From a virus (lineage: Duplodnaviria; Caudoviricetes), in IMG/VR virus record IMGVR_UViG_3300048861_000178, positions 64,001-128,000 of that record: 64,000 bases of DNA; one strand, written 5' to 3'. Position 1 is the first letter of the stretch; each line of letters begins with the position of its first letter. The position numbers and the translations under genes are program-made. Under the pieces are notes generated by a model, which saw nothing but the letters and a program-made list of their open reading frames with translations, searched no databases and was not told the DNA's origin. Below, one piece after another: positions 55,629 through 64,000 of the stretch.

Positions 55629-55991
55629 ATGAAAGCAATCGTCAAACTCCTCGCCGCTGGCCTCAAACACAACTCCAACAAGGAACAAATCGCCAGCGAC
55701 ATCGGCCTGTCGGTCGACGACTTCAATCTGGTGCTCGACGGCACGATGGAAATCAGCCCGGCCCTCGCCCTGAAGCTCGAACAGACCATGGGCGTTGACG
55801 CCCACGACATCCTGAACGCGCAGTCGGCGGATCAGCTCGCCCAGCTCGGTAAAGCCCGCACCAGGAAGGTCGACGTGCCGAAGGAAACCAAAACCGCGAA
55901 GGCTGCCAAGCCCGCCACGGACGGTCAGCCGAAGCAGTCGCCGATGCATCGTGGTCCGCGGCTGACCGGCGCAATCGCAGTCAAGCTGTGA
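55629..55991 (+). CDS. HigA/XRE-like HTH protein
   Basis: QIASDIGLS..NLVLDG..ISPALALKLEQTMG..LNAQ. Confidence 0.75.
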   Translation: MKAIVKLLAAGLKHNSNKEQIASDIGLSVDDFNLVLDGTMEISPALALKLEQTMGVDAHDILNAQSADQLAQLGKARTRKVDVPKETKTAKAAKPATDGQPKQSPMHRGPRLTGAIAVKL

Positions 55992-56284
55992 ACGGGCCCG
56001 AGATTCTCTGCGAGATCAGTCGCGTACTTACTTCCGAAGCTTACGCTGTCGGGATGGAACCGACACGCCACCCTGGGGTAAATTTGTGCCAGGGTTCGCT
56101 CGACGTGGGTTATGAAGCTCTCTCGCGGGTCGAATGTGCGCAGTACGCAACTAGCTTGAAGGCGCAGATGGTTTTGCATGCCATCCTGCTGCAACACGGG
56201 ATTGACAACGTGGAGCATCTGAAACTCGTCTGCTTCAAGCCCGAAGGTGCGTACTTCACCTTCAGCAGTTACGTCGGCGACTAA
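55988..56284 (+). CDS. Hypothetical protein
   Basis: GTGA overlap. Confidence 0.6.
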   Translation: MNGPEILCEISRVLTSEAYAVGMEPTRHPGVNLCQGSLDVGYEALSRVECAQYATSLKAQMVLHAILLQHGIDNVEHLKLVCFKPEGAYFTFSSYVGD

Positions 56285-56290
56285 TGCACA

Positions 56291-56313
56291 GCGGAGCCTT
56301 CGGGCTCCGCTTT
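56291..56313 (+). terminator. Terminator
   Basis: GCGGAGCC-TTCG-GGCTCCGC-TTT. Confidence 0.8.
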
Positions 56314-56346
56314 GTGACTGCCTTTCTTTTTTGGCATTCATTTCGA

Positions 56347-56370
56347 TTTCAACGACATATTACTCCCTAG
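56347..56370 (+). promoter_or_regulatory. Putative early promoter (CATATTAC)
   Basis: TTTCAACGACATATTACTCCCTAG. Confidence 0.5.
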
Positions 56371-56403
56371 TGCTGTAACCGAAACTTCTTTAAGGAGCTG
56401 TAC

Positions 56404-56934
56404 TTGGCTAAGAGTTTGCTGTATTTCACCTGCCCTGAGCCCAAGTGTGGGAATTCGGGTTATGTGGAACTGGAAAACGATGATGGTAAGGTCGTCAGTC
56501 ACTGCACCACGCACAATGCCCCCAAGGCGATGTTCGAGAAAGCACTCGCACCGGGCTTGGAGGTCGTTTGTCATCGTTGCAAGACCAAGATCGAGTTCGA
56601 AACCGAGACGATCACGGTATTGAAAGCGGTGAAGTACAACCCTTACACCAAACTTAATCGCTCCACCGAGTGGCTGGTGTGTGGGGCTGATCTCGCCGGG
56701 GGCAAAGTCCACATGGACGTGATTGTCACCCAGCCCGATTACGTTCGCATTATGGATCGAGAGCTGGGCAGGCTCGACTCCACGCATTATGCCCGTGAAC
56801 ACAAACTGAAGATCGCAGGCAAATGGCTGCGCTCGTTCATTACGGCTTGGGCGAAGAGCACTCGCACAGGCAAACCCGATCATGCCGCCTTGGAAGCTGA
56901 GTACGCTAACCTGATGGCTTCGTATATTCGTTAA
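56404..56934 (+). CDS. Zinc-binding hypothetical protein
   Basis: AAGGAG RBS, TTG start; CPEPKC and CHRC. Confidence 0.7.
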   Translation: MAKSLLYFTCPEPKCGNSGYVELENDDGKVVSHCTTHNAPKAMFEKALAPGLEVVCHRCKTKIEFETETITVLKAVKYNPYTKLNRSTEWLVCGADLAGGKVHMDVIVTQPDYVRIMDRELGRLDSTHYAREHKLKIAGKWLRSFITAWAKSTRTGKPDHAALEAEYANLMASYIR

Positions 56935-56945
56935 GGAGTGTAAAG

Positions 56946-57194
56946 ATGTCGACTGTTGGAATGGTTCGTGGTAAGACCGCGCACAAGCGCACGGAACAAA
57001 GCAACAACGGTGGCGTGGCGAATGTGTTCACGCCCGAGCAGATTCGGGAGTGGGAGATGTCCACCCCCAATCACGCTGGGCAGTGGGTCTGTGCACGACC
57101 GGTCGGCTGGCAGGGTCTGTGTCTGCTCAAGCGTCTGAAGCTCGCCTGGGGTGTGTTCACGGGTCGCTACGATGTGCTCAAGTGGCCGCTCTAA
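56946..57194 (+). CDS. Hypothetical protein
   Basis: AAGGAG RBS; WVCARP..RLKLAW.VFTGR.D. Confidence 0.7.
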   Translation: MSTVGMVRGKTAHKRTEQSNNGGVANVFTPEQIREWEMSTPNHAGQWVCARPVGWQGLCLLKRLKLAWGVFTGRYDVLKWPL

Positions 57195-57200
57195 GGAGGT

Positions 57201-57554
57201 GTGATGCAGACAGACCACTTGCAGCGCATCGCCATGAACGCAATGGCCCATGTGTACGTGGAGAATAACGTCGAAGAAGCGGCGCTGCTGTGGCAGTTCC
57301 ATGCATGGTGTCGTAAACAGTTCGCCGTCTTCGATGCCTGCGACCTCGCGGAAGCGGTGACAGTCTCACTCACGGAACGGGCCTGGCTGCAAGTGCCGGG
57401 CTACACCAACAAACAGTACGGGCATGTGTTTTTGATGATCTTCGAAGACCCGCTTCTGAAGCCCGAGCAGTACAAGAAGGCCGAACTCTTTATGCGGGTG
57501 TCCGAGTGCGGAAAGATTGTTGAGTTGTTGCAGTTCCAACCGACTATGCATTAG
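57201..57554 (+). CDS. Hypothetical protein
   Basis: AAGGAGG RBS. Confidence 0.7.
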   Translation: MMQTDHLQRIAMNAMAHVYVENNVEEAALLWQFHAWCRKQFAVFDACDLAEAVTVSLTERAWLQVPGYTNKQYGHVFLMIFEDPLLKPEQYKKAELFMRVSECGKIVELLQFQPTMH

Positions 57555-57563
57555 GAGAAGGAC

Positions 57564-57761
57564 ATGAATCAGCGCAAACCCATGAGAGAACACATCGACG
57601 ACAAGGTGATGGAGCTCGTCGACGTATTCGCAGCGTTTCCTGCTGAAACCAAATCAGTCGACTCTCGTGCCTGGCAGCAATTGCTGGTGTACGTGCCCAA
57701 AGAAGAACTCGAGGCGCGACTGAAGAAGATTAACGAAAGGAAAAAAGAAGATGGCAACTAA
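57564..57761 (+). CDS. Hypothetical protein
   Basis: AGGAG RBS. Confidence 0.65.
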   Translation: MNQRKPMREHIDDKVMELVDVFAAFPAETKSVDSRAWQQLLVYVPKEELEARLKKINERKKEDGN

Positions 57762-58311
57762 AGCAGGCCGCGCCGAAGTCAGTGATGTCCGGGCGGGGAA
57801 GACGCTGTGGTATGCAGCAATCGATCATGCTACGGGTAAGCGTTATCCGCTACCGACGCTGGTAGGGACATGGGCCAGAAAGCTTATCAGTCAGCGTGAG
57901 TTGCCAGCTGGTAGCGACGCGCCCGAAGCCTTCTGGGTTTTCTACGAGTATCGCCGCGGCAAACTCAGCGGCCGCTTGATTTACATCAAGAACTTCCCCC
58001 TGAATCACAAGGAGGAACCGTCCTTCGACAAGTGCTTTGTCAGTCGCTCGGCTGTGCTGCGCTGGATCAAGCGCTACGAAAGCAATCGGGTCGAGACGCT
58101 CTGCGAAGATCGGCGTGTCTTCAAGTACGGTTCGCACTTTATGCGTCGTTCCGGCATTGACGTGATCAATCTGGCCGATAACCAGTTTGTCATGACGGAA
58201 CAATGGTTGGTGAACGAAGCCAAGTACGAGCGGCATCCGAAACAACCCTTCAATCTGTTCGAGGCGGCGCAGGCAGCCCAGGAAGCGCTGGCGGAAGCGC
58301 TGCCCTCTTAA
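57751..58311 (+). CDS. MxTKxGR-family paralogue 2
   Basis: MATKAGRAEVSDVRAGKTLW..FVSRSAVLRW. Confidence 0.8.
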   Translation: MATKAGRAEVSDVRAGKTLWYAAIDHATGKRYPLPTLVGTWARKLISQRELPAGSDAPEAFWVFYEYRRGKLSGRLIYIKNFPLNHKEEPSFDKCFVSRSAVLRWIKRYESNRVETLCEDRRVFKYGSHFMRRSGIDVINLADNQFVMTEQWLVNEAKYERHPKQPFNLFEAAQAAQEALAEALPS

Positions 58312-58337
58312 CGGAATAGTGAAACAAGGAGAGCAAC

Positions 58338-59531
58338 ATGGCAACGAAAGCAGGTCGTGCAACACTGAAGGATCTCAAAGCAGGGAAGACGTTCTGGCTT
58401 GTGCGGGCAGGCTGGGGTAAAGCGATGGTAGATGATGGCAAGGGTGGCAATCGCCTGAGTCTGACCTGGTGTCATCAGCCTGAACGCATGGAAATCCTCG
58501 AGCGTCCCTGGCGTTCGATGACGGACTACAGTCCGAGCGCGGTGTCGAATCCAACTCCTGACTGGTCGTTCAGGGCGCGCGTGTATTTCGAGCACGAGCA
58601 CGTCGAAGAGCTCGTCTACGATTGCAGCAGCTACGGCATTCCGACGCCGGAACATCCGCAAGTGCAGGCGACGTTCATCTTCGTCACCCGGAAGGCTGCC
58701 CAGCGTTACTTCGAGCACGTCAAGTCGGCGAACTACCAGACGCTCTTCGAGCATCCGGCACAGTGGAAGCCTACAGGCCTGCGTAAGCGCGTCAGCACGC
58801 TCTACAACGGCCGTCGAGCGGTCTACGGTGACATCCCTACCCGGACCAACAGCCATCGTCCCTGGCTGCATCTACGCCCCACTGAGTTTCTCATGGGCGG
58901 CATGGTGATGGATCAGCATACGCCACAGAGCACGCGCGAGCATTTCCAGCGTGAAAGTGCTCGGGAGCTCGCAATGATGTATCCGCACACGATCGACACA
59001 CTCATCGATCCGAGTCTAGGGGTGGTCAAGCACTTCAGCGACGTGCATCTGGGTGTGACGCCGAAAGAGCAGTTCAAGGACATCGACAAGTTCTTCAAGG
59101 ATTTCTGGGAACAGTTCCCCACACCGGAAGCACAGAAAGCCCACATCCGTGACGACGGCGCGCGTAAGCTCTATCCGGGGCAAGTGATCATTCCGGGCGA
59201 CCTAATGCCGGAGCAACGTGCCCAGATCGAGAAGGACTTCGTGATTCTGGACGAAGCGCACATCATCGATCCGCCGGGCAAACGTTTTGTTGGGATTGAT
59301 CCGGCAGGTCCGACTGTCGTCTCGGTCAAGATCGGTAACGGCGACAGAATCCATCACGAATGGCACGTTGATCCGGCGAAAGATGTGCCGCTGGAAGAAC
59401 CATCGCCTGGGGTGCTGAAGTTCGCTGACGAGATTCTGAACGGTACGAAGATCACAGCGCAAGGTAGCTTCGAGAAGTTGGAGTTTAATGATCCTGAAGT
59501 CAGGAAGGGGAGCGACGATGACGGCATTTGA
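58338..59531 (+). CDS. MxTKxGR-family paralogue 3 with mosaic C-terminus
   Basis: MATKAGRATLKDLKAGKTFW..FVTRKAAQRY; later HFSDVHLG, VILDEAH, VGIDPAG. Confidence 0.8.
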   Translation: MATKAGRATLKDLKAGKTFWLVRAGWGKAMVDDGKGGNRLSLTWCHQPERMEILERPWRSMTDYSPSAVSNPTPDWSFRARVYFEHEHVEELVYDCSSYGIPTPEHPQVQATFIFVTRKAAQRYFEHVKSANYQTLFEHPAQWKPTGLRKRVSTLYNGRRAVYGDIPTRTNSHRPWLHLRPTEFLMGGMVMDQHTPQSTREHFQRESARELAMMYPHTIDTLIDPSLGVVKHFSDVHLGVTPKEQFKDIDKFFKDFWEQFPTPEAQKAHIRDDGARKLYPGQVIIPGDLMPEQRAQIEKDFVILDEAHIIDPPGKRFVGIDPAGPTVVSVKIGNGDRIHHEWHVDPAKDVPLEEPSPGVLKFADEILNGTKITAQGSFEKLEFNDPEVRKGSDDDGI

Positions 59532-59904
59532 CATCAACAATCTCCGGCAGTTCTACGACGACGTGCAGCATAAACTGCCGTTGGAGTTTCCGCAGGAGAT
59601 CTGGGCGGGTACCATTTCACCGAAAGCCGCCACGATGACTGCTGCTATCGTTGTCGAATCCGATCGCAAGCAGAAGATCGCCCGGATGCTGGACCTGTCG
59701 CGCTGGCTGCACGGCGAGATCGGGCCCGCGATGGACAAGTATCGCACTTACCTCAGCACGCTGGCCCCGGAGAAGATGACGCCGGAAGCCAAGAGCGCCT
59801 ACGAGGATGCGCGGATGCATCTGAACCTGTCGGGGACGTTGCTCGTGTCGTACTCAACGTTCCTGCATCAGGTGGCCAGCATCTTCAAAGCGGAGGGGGA
59901 ATAA
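59518..59904 (+). CDS. Hypothetical protein
   Basis: GGAG RBS. Confidence 0.7.
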   Translation: MTAFDINNLRQFYDDVQHKLPLEFPQEIWAGTISPKAATMTAAIVVESDRKQKIARMLDLSRWLHGEIGPAMDKYRTYLSTLAPEKMTPEAKSAYEDARMHLNLSGTLLVSYSTFLHQVASIFKAEGE

Positions 59905-60278
59905 TGGGCGCTAGTGTTTCGGTGGATCTTCCTGGGCTCGTCTACGGAACGATGGAGACATCCGGCAATTCAGTTGCTTGGTGCGTCATCGAGATGTGCA
60001 GCCCGTGGATGGATGGTTCGGTCAACGCGAAAGAGTTTCGGACCATTCCGAGCGCGGCCATGCGCGCAGCGGACAAAGAGGTTCCGCAAACGCTGGAAGC
60101 TTACAACCACTGGCGTCGTTTGCGTCATGCAGAGGCACTGCCGAATCAACCGGGTTCGGGCAAGCTCTGGTTGATCGAGATGAATGACTGGAATTCCTAT
60201 CCGTTCGAAGAAGCGCGAGAGTTCCTGCGCAACTACGGTAAATCTTCGTCGACCGATGATGCACACGTGATGCTCTAG
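59904..60278 (+). CDS. Hypothetical protein
   Basis: TAATG overlap. Confidence 0.7.
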   Translation: MGASVSVDLPGLVYGTMETSGNSVAWCVIEMCSPWMDGSVNAKEFRTIPSAAMRAADKEVPQTLEAYNHWRRLRHAEALPNQPGSGKLWLIEMNDWNSYPFEEAREFLRNYGKSSSTDDAHVML

Positions 60279-60333
60279 CTTTAAATTACACCCACGACCC
60301 ATCAAGTGGGTATAGAAAACAAGGAAGATTGAA

Positions 60334-61206
60334 ATGAGTATTCTGAATGACCGCGCGATTAGAAGGCTCTCGCTGATGCCCACGCACCAGCGTGTTGATA
60401 ACAACCTGCGGCGCACGCTGTATTCGCTCGTCGGGGACGAGCTGTATTGTGTCGACGACGGTTATCGGGACGACACGCGCTGGAAGGGCGGCATGGAAGA
60501 CGCCATGCGGCACCTGAAGGAGCTCACACCCGAACAGTCGGTGGGTTTCGCACCCGGTACGTGCTTTGTACCCGATCCGGATCAGGGCTTGGTGGTCGGC
60601 CAGCCCGACGGCCAGTGGGGACGCATGATCACACCCTTCGTGCCGGGTCAGGTTCGTACTGCCGACAAATACTGGGATGATGACAAGCAAATCTGGCGCT
60701 TCGGTACTAAGGACGGCGCCATTGCAACGAATCCCGGCCAGAAGATCATCTCCTACGGCACATCGAGCATGGGCTACGATGTTCGGCTCGGCCGCAAGTT
60801 CAAGATCTTCACCAACGTGTTCTCGGAAGTCATCGATCCGCTGAATATGCCAGAGAAAGCTTATGTCGATCACGAAGGCGACTACGTGGTGATCCCGCCC
60901 AACAGCTACGTGCTGGGCCACACGATCGAGTACTTCAACATGCCGACCAATGTGGTGGCGATCTGCGTCGGCAAGTCGACGTACGCACGCGCAGGTTGTG
61001 CGATTAACGTGACGCCGATCGAACCCGGCTTCAAGGGTCAGGTGGTCATCGAGATCGCCAATCAAACGCCGCTACCCATGAAAGTCTACGCGGACATGGG
61101 CATCGCGCAGTTCATGTTCTTGCAGGGCGACCACTGCGAGATTGACTACGCGAAACGCGCAGGCAAGTATCAGGGCCAGATGGGCATCACAACAGCCAAA
61201 GTGTAA
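60334..61206 (+). CDS. dcd: dCTP deaminase with N-terminal insertions
   Basis: IISYGTSSMGYDVRL, IIPPNS-like VIPPNS, GKSTYARAG, NVTPIEPGF.G, GIAQ, GKYQGQ. Confidence 0.95.
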   Translation: MSILNDRAIRRLSLMPTHQRVDNNLRRTLYSLVGDELYCVDDGYRDDTRWKGGMEDAMRHLKELTPEQSVGFAPGTCFVPDPDQGLVVGQPDGQWGRMITPFVPGQVRTADKYWDDDKQIWRFGTKDGAIATNPGQKIISYGTSSMGYDVRLGRKFKIFTNVFSEVIDPLNMPEKAYVDHEGDYVVIPPNSYVLGHTIEYFNMPTNVVAICVGKSTYARAGCAINVTPIEPGFKGQVVIEIANQTPLPMKVYADMGIAQFMFLQGDHCEIDYAKRAGKYQGQMGITTAKV

Positions 61207-61222
61207 TAATAAGGAGAACAAG

Positions 61223-61552
61223 ATGGCAGATTTTACCAAGATGGAATTCAAAGAAGGCCGGGACCCGATTCCGGACAAGAAGCTCGACACCAGTCGCAAC
61301 CTGACGAGTCACCTGCAGAATCCGGAAGCAGCCACACTCGTCGTCGTAGCGAAATACGGTATCGACGCGACGCTGCGTGAAATGCGTGAGAGCGGTCTCT
61401 TTTGCAAGGACGAGATCGACGAGATGCTCCAGTCGGACTCCAAGACGATCACGGTGAGCAAGGACCAAGTGATCCTCAAGTGGGTCAAGCTGGGTCCGAG
61501 CGCTTCGGAAATCCGTCAGTTCACGATCAACTACGTGCCGGAGCCCGAATGA
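61223..61552 (+). CDS. Hypothetical protein
   Basis: AAGGAG RBS. Confidence 0.75.
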   Translation: MADFTKMEFKEGRDPIPDKKLDTSRNLTSHLQNPEAATLVVVAKYGIDATLREMRESGLFCKDEIDEMLQSDSKTITVSKDQVILKWVKLGPSASEIRQFTINYVPEPE

Positions 61553-61911
61553 GCTACGTCCCCCTCACTAACAATGTCGGGGTGAACCTCGCTTTGAGTG
61601 CGGCCATGGATGATAGCAATTCGCATTCGGCGAGTCAGCAATCCCAACCCCAAGTTATCATCGTGCAGGCTCCAGCAGGCACGACGGTTCAGGTGGTGCA
61701 ACCGCCGCATCAGTTGCCGCTGCCGGAAGAGAAGCCGCTGTCGACTGATTTCACCGTCTTCATTTTCATGATGGGGGTGACAGGTGTGTTATTGATCGCG
61801 CTGGCGGCTACTCGTCGAGCAGGTATTCGCAGAGTCATCGGAGCCATCATCGTGATTCCGTGGGCTGTGTTTGCTTGCTACAACCTGTTCTCCTTGGCGA
61901 GAGCAGGCTAA
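61549..61911 (+). CDS. Membrane protein
   Basis: Two C-terminal TM segments. Confidence 0.65.
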   Translation: MSYVPLTNNVGVNLALSAAMDDSNSHSASQQSQPQVIIVQAPAGTTVQVVQPPHQLPLPEEKPLSTDFTVFIFMMGVTGVLLIALAATRRAGIRRVIGAIIVIPWAVFACYNLFSLARAG

Positions 61912-61977
61912 ACGTTTTATCCAACCCGAGCCAGACTTTGAGGTCGGCTCAATCTCAAGCTTAAAGGAGCTGAGTAA

Positions 61978-62382
61978 ATGACTGAAGTAACGTTGTTGCG
62001 TAAAGGCGGTAAAGGTATCAAAGGCACGGTAGCGAACGCGGATCATCACGCGAAGTATATCCTGCCCTTCATCGAAGCGATGCAAGGTGCTGTGAAGCAT
62101 CTGGGTTTCAAGCAGTGGAAGCAAGGTGCGAACATCCATGAGTTCATCACGCACCATGGTGCGCGTTACACGTTGCGCCCCATCTGTCAGCAAATCGATC
62201 CGAGCAAGCCGTTTTACTGCGGCATTCGTCTGTCGTTGCGCCTGTCGCGCAGCGAAGAGCATCGCCTGCTGGAAATCGATAGCGTCACCGACGTACCGCG
62301 TCTGCTTGACGTGATGCGCTTGTTGGCCCTCCCCATTAAAGGACGCCTCAATACAGGCGCAGAAGCAAAGGAAGCAGCGTAA
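61978..62382 (+). CDS. Hypothetical protein (ADHHA motif)
   Basis: AAGGAG RBS. Confidence 0.75.
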   Translation: MTEVTLLRKGGKGIKGTVANADHHAKYILPFIEAMQGAVKHLGFKQWKQGANIHEFITHHGARYTLRPICQQIDPSKPFYCGIRLSLRLSRSEEHRLLEIDSVTDVPRLLDVMRLLALPIKGRLNTGAEAKEAA

Positions 62383-62672
62383 TGGCACGCGTACAAGCAG
62401 GTAAGGTCTACCGACTCATCAGTTCGCATAGCGGTCCCAACGGTATTTCGGTTGGCCGCAAGTGCAAGACGATTCACCAGCAGCCCATGGATCACATTGA
62501 ACATGGCCCGCTCTGGTACGTAGAATCGGCAGATGGTAAGGAGTTCGTTTCGCACATGGGTGCAACGGGCATGTATATCACGGTAGCTGAGGATTGGCTC
62601 GAGGAAATCCCGGAAGATCCGCCGGAGGAACTGCCGCGTGTCGTCGAGAAAGACCTCGACAAGGTGGCGTGA
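62382..62672 (+). CDS. Hypothetical protein
   Basis: TAATG overlap. Confidence 0.7.
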   Translation: MARVQAGKVYRLISSHSGPNGISVGRKCKTIHQQPMDHIEHGPLWYVESADGKEFVSHMGATGMYITVAEDWLEEIPEDPPEELPRVVEKDLDKVA

Positions 62673-62842
62673 TGCCGTTCAATCCCACTACGTTGCTTAT
62701 CGTGATTGGGATTTTCTTCGTGATCACTCTCTTGCTCACGGCGATTAATTTGGGGATCTTGGCACTGGGCCTGAAGCTCTACACCGAGATCCTCAAAGAT
62801 CAATCCCAGAACCGACGTGCTAATAAAGAGAAGGTAGGATAA
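62672..62842 (+). CDS. Small membrane protein
   Basis: MPFNPTTLLIVIGIFF..., TGATG overlap. Confidence 0.65.
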   Translation: MPFNPTTLLIVIGIFFVITLLLTAINLGILALGLKLYTEILKDQSQNRRANKEKVG

Positions 62843-63219
62843 TGCTCAGCAAACGAACCAAGGACCGCATCCGGGCCAATAAGCTGCGCCGTGAGGATTG
62901 GCGTGATGCTGAAAAGCGCCGGGGTTATAAGGCTGCGCTCGTAGCGGTGCGTACTGCCATGGGCGGTCGCGTTGAGAATAACGATGCTTACCGAGTCATC
63001 AGTTTCGCTCGGGGCTTTGTCGATATTCCGGATGTCTGGCCCTCTATCGAAGAAGCGCGGCAGCAGCGCAAATGGACCATCCGTCCGGATGATTTCCAAA
63101 GCTACATCATCGGTCGCTGGCAGCGTCGCGTCGTACCGCACTTGCCACGTGTGACGACTGCGTTGCTCATGGCGTGCCAAAAGGCGAGGAGGGACAGTGT
63201 TCCGGCAGCTACTGCCTAA
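62842..63219 (+). CDS. Basic hypothetical protein
   Basis: TAATG overlap. Confidence 0.65.
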   Translation: MLSKRTKDRIRANKLRREDWRDAEKRRGYKAALVAVRTAMGGRVENNDAYRVISFARGFVDIPDVWPSIEEARQQRKWTIRPDDFQSYIIGRWQRRVVPHLPRVTTALLMACQKARRDSVPAATA

Positions 63220-63580
63220 GTGGGAAGAGGGGCGTCAGAAGAGCGGTTATCGCATCATGACGTTCATCAACAACTCCCGGTTCAAGTTTGACATGCACTT
63301 GATCCATTATCCGGAAAAGTCTTCGATTCCACCGCACAAGGACAAAGCCAATTTTGATCAGCGTCACTATCGACTCAACATCGAGGTGAAGCGACCCAAA
63401 GTCGGTGGGTTCTTCGTGGTGGAAAAGTGTATCTTCCGTTGGTGGCGCATTGCGCTCTTTCGGCCCGATCAGTGCTTGCACATGGTCACGCCGATTGAGC
63501 AAGGCTCGCGCTACGTCCTGAGCTTCGGGTGGTTACGCGCCCCAGCTAGGCAGCGCTTGCGTGATATTAAGTTCGACTAA
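63197..63580 (+). CDS. 2OG-Fe(II) oxygenase superfamily protein
   Basis: IPPHKD (HxD), GGFF, FRPD..HMV, RYVLS. Confidence 0.8.
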   Translation: MFRQLLPKWEEGRQKSGYRIMTFINNSRFKFDMHLIHYPEKSSIPPHKDKANFDQRHYRLNIEVKRPKVGGFFVVEKCIFRWWRIALFRPDQCLHMVTPIEQGSRYVLSFGWLRAPARQRLRDIKFD

Positions 63581-63598
63581 CAAGAAGGAAACAAGGAA

Positions 63599-64000
63599 AT
63601 GCTGATTTATCCGCTTAAGGTAACGGTCGACGATCCGGGCTGGCTAGTCCAATCGCGCGATATTCCGCAATTGACCACAGGTGCCCCGCGCGGCTCGACC
63701 CGAGAGTACGCGGTGAAGATGGGTTACGAAGCGTTCAAGGTGATCGCGGAGCTGCTGATGGAGCAAGGCAAGCCGATTCCGTTACCCTCGAACCCGCAAG
63801 CCAACGAAATGGCCATGACGCTCAGTCTGAACGTCGAGGCGAAGGTGTTGATCTGGAACGCCATGGTGAAGAAGGGTATCAAGCCCGCCGAGGTGGCAAG
63901 ACGACTTCGGCCGCTCCAGTACCCGATGACCAAGTTCAGGAATCTGGACGACCCGATTTCGCTGGACGTATTGGCCAAGTTGTCTGCCATGCTCGAGCTG
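63599..64000 (+). CDS. HicB-like antitoxin with HTH (runs off window)
   Basis: MLIYPL..WLVQSRDIPQLTTG..GKPIPLPS..AKVLIWNAM..AEVARRL. Confidence 0.75.
   Translation, partial: MLIYPLKVTVDDPGWLVQSRDIPQLTTGAPRGSTREYAVKMGYEAFKVIAELLMEQGKPIPLPSNPQANEMAMTLSLNVEAKVLIWNAMVKKGIKPAEVARRLRPLQYPMTKFRNLDDPISLDVLAKLSAMLEL

Noticed and set aside
1-64000. CRISPR array, rRNA, integrase, transposase or stop-codon recoding
   Set aside because: No regularly spaced repeats or such genes were seen, and genes tile normally under the standard code

Overview
A 64-kb accessory and metabolic segment of a lytic jumbo phage. It is most likely phiKZ-related (Chimalliviridae-like) and probably infects a Burkholderiaceae host, judging from the Burkholderia-style TrxA and YadA anchor. 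About 110 tightly packed CDSs lie on the + strand and one convincing gene lies on the - strand. Recognisable genes: dTTP pathway (tmk, a DHFR-Nudix-LysM fusion, thyA, dcd, trxA); RNA/tRNA repair (RlaP-like Pol-beta nucleotidyltransferase, Thg1-like protein, DUF5565/RLIG1-like RNA ligase); NADAR; MazG-like; QueC-like; BCS1-like AAA ATPase; GNAT; Ntn-hydrolase; 2OG-Fe(II) oxygenase; orphan antitoxin-like proteins; a complete trimeric autotransporter adhesin; and two tail-fibre modules. The intergenic DNA holds the main surprises. (1) A stem in the RNA ligase leader buries the RBS and contains a 23-nt segment complementary to a canonically spaced tRNA 3' end (T-loop to CCA), a candidate tRNA-fragment-sensing toehold switch. 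(2) A ~168-nt multi-stem RNA with two possible pseudoknots. (3) Short promoter-to-terminator units, one antisense to an RBS plus start codon. (4) Recurrent phage promoter and terminator motifs. Several genes look like degenerate copies of core phage proteins (prohead protease lacking catalytic residues, two tail-tube-like paralogues, a DnaB-like fragment, TerL-like motifs) and may be decoys. Family calls come from recalled motifs and RNA folds were worked out by hand; no searches or folding programs were run. No CRISPR array, rRNA, intact tRNA or integrase was seen.
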